Positions 55,245 to 64,000 of a DNA stretch of 64,000 bases are shown here, one piece after another. The notes below the pieces were generated by a model. It was given only the letters and a program-made list of their open reading frames with translations. It searched no databases and was not told the origin of the DNA. The position numbers were made by a program, and so were the translations under genes. The number at the start of each line of letters is the position of its first letter. The first letter of the stretch is position 1. This DNA comes from Octopus vulgaris (taxonomy: Eukaryota), in assembly GCA_951406725.2 (NCBI GenBank), contig OX597815.1, forward strand, positions 50,096,001 to 50,160,000, in the 5' to 3' direction.

Positions 55245-55655
55245 CTTTCATTCTTTTATTTGTTTCAGTTAGTTGACTGAGACCATGCTGGAGCACTGCC
55301 TTAAAGGGTTTTAGTCTAACAAGTTGACCCCAGGACTTATTTCTTTAGCCTAATACTTACTCTATCAGTCTCTTTGCCAAACTGCTAAGTTACGGGGACA
55401 TAAAAATATCAACACCAGTTATCAAACAGTTTGGTGGGGACAGATACAAAGGCACACATATAGATACACACACACATTATATATATATATATATATATAT
55501 ATATACGGTAGACTTCTTTCAGTTTCCATCTACCATATCCACTCACATGGCTTTGGTCAGCCCAAGGCTATAGAAAAACTTGCCCAAGGTGCCACACAGT
55601 GGGACTGAACCTGGAACCATGTGGTTAGTAAGCAAGCTTCTTACCACACAGCCAC
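55245..55655 (-). mobile_element. SINE family A
   Basis: Reverse complement is colinear with 57971-58367. Confidence 0.8.
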
Positions 55656-56924
55656 ATATATATTTCATACACACATGCACAAGTGAAATGCAATTCTCCC
55701 ACCTATCTAGGTGAGAAGTACCTCACGAAGCATATAATGATTCCAACTGTGGCCACCCATCCAAACTTATACTCACATGGTAAGGGTATGAATAAAAGTG
55801 ATGGTGATGATGATGACGTGTGTGTGTGTGTCTGTGTCTGTGTCTGTGTCAATATATGCATGCACTCATAAGGTATGGGCCAGCTTGGTGGAGAAGCTTA
55901 GGTTAAGAAGCTACACAGTGGTACTGAACCCAAAACTATATAATTGCAAAGTGAAATCTTTAACCATAAAGTCTACATACATATACACATACACACATAC
56001 ACGCACACACACACGCATGTATATATATATATATATATATGTGTGTGTCTTATCAATAGATAGATAGATAAGTAGATACATACATATTTGTCTGTGTTTT
56101 GGCAATGTATACACACACACACACATACAAACACACAAGTGTTCTGGTGAGAAGTAAACAAAAATATATGATATAAGATTATTTTTGTTTGAATGTATAT
56201 CTTTCATATATTAAAAAGAACTAATAATGACTATAAAAAAAAAGCAGTAACACACATACACATATATAAACACATATATTTATACATAAATGTATATAGA
56301 TAGATATATGGACAATTCAATAGTCCATTATATGTCTATATCTACATGTGTATATGTGAGTCTTCCTAATATGAGAACATGAATGAGTATGTATTAGTCA
56401 TCAACAAATATCAATAGAATTATCATTGGCCATTATTTGCAGTCAATTTATTACATTTGTTTTTAAAATGAAATGTTAATTTCCTTTGAAGGATTGTGGC
56501 AGACATTATTTATCAAAGAATCAAAACAAAATCAAATAATAAAACCATGATTGTACCATTCCATATTAGACAGAAATCAAACTGAGGTTACTGACACTAG
56601 AGATAAACATCTTCATTTGTTGAATGTCCCTGCTAAGATTGCTTCAAAAAAAAGCCTTAACCATCTTGCTTAATTTAAAAAAAAAAAAAAAAATTGAATA
56701 ACAAAAATGAAAGAAAACAATGATTTTTGTATTCGATTAATTTTATCATTTGTTTAATAAATAGAGCAAAAGAAGGAAGCACTACAATAAACAGATAAGG
56801 AACCCACTACAGTGATTGTCTATTGATATAAAACTATAATAATAATAATGATATTATAATACTCAAGAGGAGACTTGCATGTGGAAATACTCCGAAAGGA
56901 ATACAGACCTTTAGTGTGGGAACA

Positions 56925-57610
56925 ATCACATCACCATCAACAATCTGCGCTATCTACACAACCACTGTTGCAATAGTCATCCTCATCATCATCATCGTCA
57001 TTGTTATCATCTCATATTCAGCATCATCATCTGTGTCATCATCATTGTCAGTGCCCTTGTTGTCATTGTTGGTATCTTCATCTTCGTCATTATCCTTATC
57101 ACCATAGTAGTCATTTATCATCATCAGTATCAACATCATCATCATTGTTATCATCATCCTCTTTGTCATCATCATTATCATTGTCAGTGCCTTGTCATAG
57201 TAGTCATCATCATCAACATAGTCATTGTTATCATCATCATCATCATTACTATCACAATCATCATCGTTATCATTATCATCATCAGTAGCAGTATTATTAT
57301 CTTGGCCATTTTAATTTCTATTTATTTCCATATTCAGAATGAACTTTAACCTAGTTCTTCTCTCTATCTTTTACTATCCACATCCATTAACTAGCATCTT
57401 CTTCCATCACGACTATTTCCATTCCATCACAATTTATCATTATTATATTCTGTGCAATCTTTGTCCTGTTTCTTCTTCCTCATCATTACTAATATCATGA
57501 TTTCCATGTCACTATTGACATCATCATCACCATCATCATTATCATCATCATCACTACCGCTGCTATCATTATCATCATCATAATCATCATCATTATCATC
57601 ATCATCATCA
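56925..57610. repeat. Degenerate (CAT/ATC)n low-complexity tracts
   Basis: Directly visible. It is the source of the His/Ser/Ile/Asp-rich ORFs. Confidence 0.85.
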
Positions 57611-57970
57611 AGCCAAATTTATTATTTCATTTACATAACCTTCATTAAACATGTGAAAGTTAGCTAAACAAAAATAGATTGCAGAAATATCCATACACAC
57701 ACACACATACATACACATATACACACATATGCATATATTTGTGTATGCACATGGTACATGTATATGTGTATGTATGTGCATGCATACATATATACATTTA
57801 TACATATTTTGTTGTGTCTAGGGAAAGTCACTACACAAATATTAGTAACACATACGCTGGTTCAATTCCACTCTTTTATTATTAGTCTCTTGGTTCAATA
57901 TCTACCCAACTAACGAACTGAGAGAGAAGTCACTAAAAAGGGTGTGAATGACAACAAAAGAACATTGACA

Positions 57971-58367
57971 GGCGCAGGAGTGGCTGTGTGGTAAGTAGCT
58001 TGCTTACCAACCACATGACTCCGGGTTCAGTTCCCCTGCGTGGCACCTTGGGCAAGTGTCTTCTACTATAGCCTCGGACTGACCAAAACCTTGTGAGTGG
58101 ATTTGGTAGATGGAAACTAAAAGAACCCCGTTGTATATATGTATATGTATATATATGTGTGTTTGTGTGTCTGTGTTTGTTCCCCTCAACATCGCTTGAC
58201 AACCGATGCTGGTGTGTTTACATACCCGTAACTTAGCAGTTCGGCAAAAGAGACTGATAGAGTAAGTACTAGGCTTACAAAGAATAAGTCCTGGGGTCGA
58301 TTTCCTCAACTAAAGGCGGTGCTCCAGCATGGCTGCAGTCAAATGACTGAAACAAGTAAAAGAGTAA
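57971..58367 (+). mobile_element. tRNA-derived SINE family A, best-preserved copy
   Basis: TGGCTGTGTGGTAAG (A-box-like), GGGTTCAGTTCC (B-box-like), CCTTGGGCAAGTGTCTT body, internal microsatellite linker and (GTAAAAGA)n tail. More than 12 copies or fragments occur in the window. Confidence 0.9.
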
Positions 58368-58671
58368 ACAAAAAAAAGATTGGCTGTTTAACCAACAAGT
58401 TAAATAAATGATCGATTAGTTAGTGGGATACATATTTAATCAATTGACTAGTAATAAAGAAGTAGAATTGAACCAGTGCATGTGTTTTTAATATTGACAT
58501 AATTACTGTCTCTAGACACACAACATAATTTGTTTCAAGACATGATTTCACATAAAGAATCTTGCAAATCAAATACGAAAACGAAGTATGTATATACATA
58601 CATACATGCATGCATGCATACATACATTGTTTGTATTACTACACCATATGTCATGTCATTAGAATGAGTGA

Positions 58672-58900
58672 AGGCGGTGAGCTGGCAGAAATGTTAGCAC
58701 GCCGGGCGAAATGCTTAACGGTATTTTTGTCTGTCTTTACGTTCTGAGTTCAAATTCTACCAAGGTCGACTTTGCCTTTCATCCTTCTGGGGTTTATTAA
58801 ATAAGTACCAGTTATGCACTGGGCTTGATATAATCGACTTAATCCGTTTCTCCTTGTTTATCCCCTCTGTGTGTAGTCCCTTGTAGGCAGTAAAGAAATA
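58672..58900 (+). mobile_element. SINE family B, full length with 11-bp TSD
   Basis: AGAATGAGTGA at 58661-58671 and 58901-58911; central box GGTCGACTTTGCCTTTCATCCTT...AAGTACCAG. Confidence 0.9.
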
Positions 58901-59156
58901 AGAATGAGTGACAGCAGAAGGCCAAAAGTCCTTATGTGTAGTTAGCTCCATGATGGAAGGAAAAGCTTTAGTAAGACCGTTGCATAGGTACAAGAATAAG
59001 CATAAAGCTAACTTGAAAGTGACAAAGATACCCACAGGAACATTTGAAAAACAAAAGAACTACATTGAATCACAAAGAATGAAGGTTAACTTGCTAGAAA
59101 GCCAGAAAGACTGTGAGTTGGGTTGTTGCCAACCTTCACATGACGGTTTTCATCAC

Positions 59157-59297
59157 AACTGTCCAACGAATAGGAATGTGAAACTCTGATTAACAGTTTT
59201 TGTGACAATTTTGCAGTTTTAATAGAAGCATATTAGTCTACCTTTGGTATTCAAGTACTACTTTTCCCACCTTGTTTTGCACTTATGTGTTCACCTG
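59157..59297 (+). mobile_element. PLE-terminal-repeat-like unit with decayed hammerhead (59157-59198)
   Basis: AACTGT-CCAACGA-ATA-ggaa-TGT-GAAA-CTCTGAT-TA-ACAGTT; colinear with 23328-23472. Confidence 0.6.
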
Positions 59298-60111
59298 TGT
59301 GTGTATATATATATATATATATAAGATAAAGGTTTATAGTGAATTCAAAGTTGCAACTTCCTAGATGGCTATGGTTTATTATGTGACTGTGGTTTACTTT
59401 AGTCCTTCTGGCTTGATGTATAGCTCTTTGCAGGATGTTAATACACCTCTGACAGGTGAATATAAATGAAAATTAGGTGTGGTGTAAATAGACAAGTAAA
59501 ATAATTGTGTAGGAATGTGGAAATAAAGTAGGACAAGAGGAAATAATGTTTTGGGGGATCAGAGATGAAATAAAGGTGGTAGAGAGTTTATCTGGTTTGC
59601 TATGAATTTTTTAAAATTATTATTTGGGTTCGGTTTGGCATATAAGTAAAAGAGTAAACTTTTATAAGGAATTTTATGGCAGACTTATCATACTCACATC
59701 ACAATTTTTATTAAATGAAGCTTTTCTTATTTCTAATCAAGATTCATCAAGTATAGGATGGTGTTTTGTTATTTCAGGAGCCTTAAATATGTTTCTAGAT
59801 GACATATGTTCAATATGTCAAAGAGTGTAGATCAGAGAGTGGTCAGTGTTAGCATTTGTATTTGAAGCTTTAAGAAACTAGAAGAGTACCACACTGTAAT
59901 TTATTCAGGCCCTTCCACTGAATAATATAATCGGTCAGCATATGCTTGCATGTACATTTCTGTATATACAAGCATAGCGCAGTGAATATGAAGCTTGTAT
60001 CTCAATCATATGATTCTTGTTGGTTTCAACTATTGTGTGATACAATAGAACAAGGAGTTTGGCTGGTGAAAACATTTTGGAAACCTGTCATGTATGTGTG
60101 TGTATATATAC

Positions 60112-60587
60112 ACATGATCTTTGCATGATCTTTGAATGTTAAACGGTGGCAATGACTAGTGACTGAGACATTTGGCATTACGTCATGCTTGAGAAGACAC
60201 GTCAAGGCAAATGAAATTTTAGTTGGTGACCATTGTTGGTGGCACATAACTGGCAAGTAAAAAGAACCTTTCGAGTGTTAGGCCACACAGAGGTAATGGC
60301 TGATACTGGTGTTGTGTAACTAGCACCCTTGCTGGTGGCATGTGAAAAACACCTTTAGAGTGCTGGGCCTCATCGAGGCAATGGCAAATGACCAAAACCT
60401 TTGGCAATATCCTGTGCTTGAGAAGAAGACCCAATAAGTTGTGGCAAATATTGGTGTCACACAAATGGCACCCATGCTGGTGGGACATAAAAGCATGTCT
60501 GGTGCAGCCCCTCAGCTTATCAGGCCAGCTCAAACTGTCCAACCCATGCCAGCATGGACAACAGACGTTAAATGATGCTGATGATAA
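60112..60587 (+). mobile_element. RTE LINE 3' end / 3' UTR
   Basis: ORF-end-like GGCAATGACTAGTGAC..TGCTTGAGAAGA, repeated internally at ~60350-60432, then the shared tail. Confidence 0.75.
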
Positions 60588-60643
60588 TTATATATATAAT
60601 ATATATAAATATATGTATGCATACAGATTTACACCGGCATATG

Positions 60644-60711
<68 letters not shown>

Positions 60712-61687
60712 GACCGGTATAAGTAAAAAAATTCTTTTACTTCTGAAACAAAGATCACCAGCTTACCTCCAAATAAAAGGAGTTTCAATAATTATTTCAG
60801 TACAGAAGAAATAAATAACTGAACTTGATAATTTATGTAACACAATAGAGAAGATTTAAAACATAACTCACAAATATAACTATGCATGTTCGATTCAAAT
60901 AGAAAATTATTAAACGAGAAACATTAATATGTTTACATTTACCTCGATTTGAAATTTAGAACGAATTTATTTATATATTTGATTATGCATATTTGCTTAT
61001 ATATTTGAGAAGAGGAAATGGGAGAGAGGGGAGAAAGGGAGGGAAAGTGAGAGAGAGGGAGAGAAAGTAGAATAACAGATAATTTTGAGAGAAGTTTTAC
61101 ATTTAAAACAGTGTAAATGCATACATTAAAACAAAAATGTTTTGGTAGAGAAAAACTAGAAAAGATAAAGAGGATTAGTCTCACTTGAGTATTTATAACT
61201 TGAATGTCATACCATTCTCCTTGGCATCTCCCAAACTGGCTACTATCCAAGACAACTGACAGAATGGGAAATATAAACCCTTAGAATAGAACAAGGAATA
61301 TGTCTGATGATGTTGCAATAAAAAAATAAAATTATGAAGAAATTCCAAGTCATATAGGTTTGTAATGTATCAACTTGCCAAGCTCAACACAGTTTTTCTA
61401 AAGTCTGTAAAGTCAAAATTGACATAGAAATGGGATTTGTTAATCGGTTTAATACGAAATTTGAATGAAAATTGATTCAATTAAATTAAACGTGACAACA
61501 ATGAAGTTGATATTTATCAAACAAACAAGGAAAGGATCATGTAAATAAGAAATACATAAAATATTAACAGTTTTAATGATAATAATTTATATATCTAAAT
61601 ACTACATAATATCCTCAGTATTAAAATGTTCCTTTCACTGCTCACATGAGTAAAAGTTATCTTCCATTACTTTATTAATGTGGTTAA

Positions 61688-62135
61688 TTCTTTTATTTTT
61701 ACTTGTTTTAATCATTTGACTGTGGCCATGCTGGAGCACCACCTGAAAGGGTTTTAGTCAAAGAAATTGACACCAGGATTTATTCTTTTTAAGCTATGTA
61801 CTTATTCTATCAGTGTCTTTAGCTGAACCACTAAGTAACTGAGATGTCAACACACCATCATCGATTGGTGGGGTGGGGGGACAAACATGGACACAAAGAC
61901 ACACACACATACATATAAAAACATATCTATATCTATATATATATATATATATATATATACAGGCATACATACATACTATGGACTTCTTTCAGTTTCTGTC
62001 TACTAAATCCACTCACAAGGCTTTGGTTGCCCCAAGGCTATAGTAGAAGACACTTGCCTAAGGTACAGCATAATGAGTATAAACCTAGAACCTTGTGGTT
62101 AGGAAGCTTCTTACCACACAGCCACACCTGCACCT
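61688..62135 (-). mobile_element. SINE family A
   Basis: Reverse complement is colinear with 57971-58367. Confidence 0.8.
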
Positions 62136-62150
62136 ATAAATAAAACACTT

Positions 62151-62219
62151 TGGAAATGCTGGGGTTCGAACCCATGACCTTTCACATGCAAACAAATGCT
62201 CTACCACTGAGCTACCTCC
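62151..62219 (-). tRNA. tRNA-Ala(TGC)-like sequence, probably a pseudogene
   Basis: GGAGGTAGCTCAGTGGTAGAGCATTTGTTTGCATGTGAAAGGTCATGGGTTCGAACCCCAGCATTTCCA. The D arm/A box and T loop/B box are intact, the anticodon is TGC and a TTTT follows. The acceptor and anticodon stems are damaged by small deletions. Confidence 0.65.
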
Positions 62220-62789
62220 ACTGAGAATTATAATGAGGTGGTGAATTGACAAATGTGTTAGTAGACTAATCAGCTAAATACCCTGCAGTATTTAATGATG
62301 AGGCTTTTACATTTCCATCATTCATGGTTAACTTTGATATTCATCCTTCTGGGATTGATTAAAACAATTACAAACACCAAGCCATAGGTTGATCCTACAT
62401 CATCTTCATCATTTGAAGCTATGTATCATGGAAGAAATCAATTTTATTGAACTTACGAATTGAATTCTAGGTAACTTAAAATTTGAGAAAATGGAATTAC
62501 TTTTATCACTGGCATTTGAGATTTGTCTCATTTATTTCTGTTGGTTGATTTACTGTTTTAAGACACACGCTTAATGCAACATAACCAGTCTATGAACTGT
62601 GGACATTTAACAGCATATTTATGTTGGTGTGGGGTGTAGTATCAACTAAACACTTAAACACTAGTAACTAAATATATAATTTTCAAGTTTTTTTAAGAGA
62701 TTGATTTATAAACTTCAGTTAATGATATATACAGAACTGTAGAGCATAAAATAAATCTATCATAAAGTTCTCAGTGCATCTGGGTAGCC

Positions 62790-63213
62790 ATTCATCATCA
62801 TTATCATCTAACATCCATTTTCCATGCTGGCATGGTTTGGATGGGTTGACAGGAACTGGCAAGGCTAGGGGTCTGCACCAGGATTCCATGGTCCGTTCTG
62901 AATTCGTTTATACTGCTGGTTGCTCTTCCAAGCACCAACCACTTTACAGAGTATATTGGGTACTTTTCACATGGTACCATCACCAGTGCTTTTTATGTGA
63001 CACCAGCAACCACACCAATGCTTTTTTACATGACACCTTGGTTGTAGGAACGACGGGTTTCTTTCAGTTTCTGTCTACCAAATCCACTCACAAGGCTTTG
63101 GTCGGCCCAAGGCTATAGTAGAAGACACTTCCCCAAGGAGCCACGCAGTGGGACTGAACCCAGAACCATGTGGTTGGTAAGCAAGCTACTTACTCCACAG
63201 CCACTCCTGTGTC
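62790..63213 (-). mobile_element. RTE 3' UTR fragment (62790-63040) abutting a SINE A 5' half (63049-63213)
   Basis: Both parts match families seen elsewhere in the window. Confidence 0.75.
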
Positions 63214-64000
63214 TAAGTATGTTTCATACTTCAGTTTTTTTTTTTATGCATAACTCAGTGATATTTCATGGATATAAAGTCGACACTACTGATTAAATTT
63301 GTAAAAATTAATAATAAACAAAAATATTTGGAAGTCTTAACTTTAAAGCTTGAACCTTGTTAGTGGTTGTTGGGAGAGAGGGTGGGGTGGAGAGTGGAGG
63401 TAGGAGGTTCTCTATGAAATTTTTATGTGAATGAATTTATGTCTGAGTATCAGAATAGTGTGACCATATGACAAAAGAGAAGACAATGGATGATAATATT
63501 CAAATTTTAAAAAGTAATTATAATAATGGTGGACATGAAGGTAGGGAGGATGGTAAGTGTAAACATATGAAAAAGAAGAGGAATCAAAATAATCTAATTT
63601 TTTGAAAAAAACGCTATAAAACAAATTTTATTCTTTATAACTACTCTGAAGTGATGATCTTGAGGATATTTCAAAAAAATCTTTCAGCTCTAAGTAGCTA
63701 AACGAATGGTGAATATGTTAATAACCTTTCTTAGATCTGTTATACAGGGAAAAGAAGAAAAAAAATAAAAAACAGAGGAAGATGAAAATGTAAAAAATGA
63801 AGACAAAGAGAAAGAGGTGAGGTGTAATCAGTTAAAGCAAATTAACTGTTTTTTGGGTGCTTTTCTTTTTGTTTTGTTTGTTTTTTTTTTGCTTTTTACT
63901 TTATTTTTATTTTTGCTAAAGAAAGACTTAACCCTGTTTATTATTTCCTGTTGAATCTTCCCTTTTATCTCTGAAGCACAGAGTCTACAATGGACCATGT

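Noticed and set aside
56916-57288. His/Cys-rich, Ser-rich and Asp-rich ORFs
   Set aside because: Degenerate (CAT)n tract open in several frames on both strands.
59330-59950. Possible decayed PLE GIY-YIG/3' end on the minus strand
   Set aside because: I could not recover diagnostic residues or an intact ribozyme core.
60768-60820. Minus-strand donor GAG|gtaagc with a short open frame
   Set aside because: Weak acceptor and AT-rich, non-coding-like composition.

Overview
AT-rich, microsatellite-dense animal genomic DNA. The SINE, RTE and MITE repertoire resembles what I recall from Octopus, but this is recognition, not a database match. The window reads as intronic/intergenic. Almost all ORF-track entries are microsatellite or repeat translations, and only one host exon is credible (27461-27573, minus). 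Mobile DNA includes a full-length but dead maT/DD37D transposon, a dead TRT-like DD37E Tc1 element nested in a SINE, a Penelope-like (PLE) RT fragment, a decayed CR1/Jockey-group LINE, many RTE 3' ends, three tRNA-derived SINE families, piggyBac- and hAT-type MITEs, a non-autonomous Helitron, an (AAT)n-targeted element and a tRNA-Ala(TGC)-like pseudogene. The strongest signal that these features do not explain is about a dozen minimal type-I hammerhead-ribozyme-like motifs from several families. They lie in short PLE-terminal-repeat-like units that end in (TA)n, several arranged as fold-back inverted repeats, and one family carries a compensatory U3:A8 catalytic core. Also notable is a ~165-bp direct repeat flanking a tiny RTE insertion, a probable very long target-site duplication. 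All folds and alignments were done by eye.
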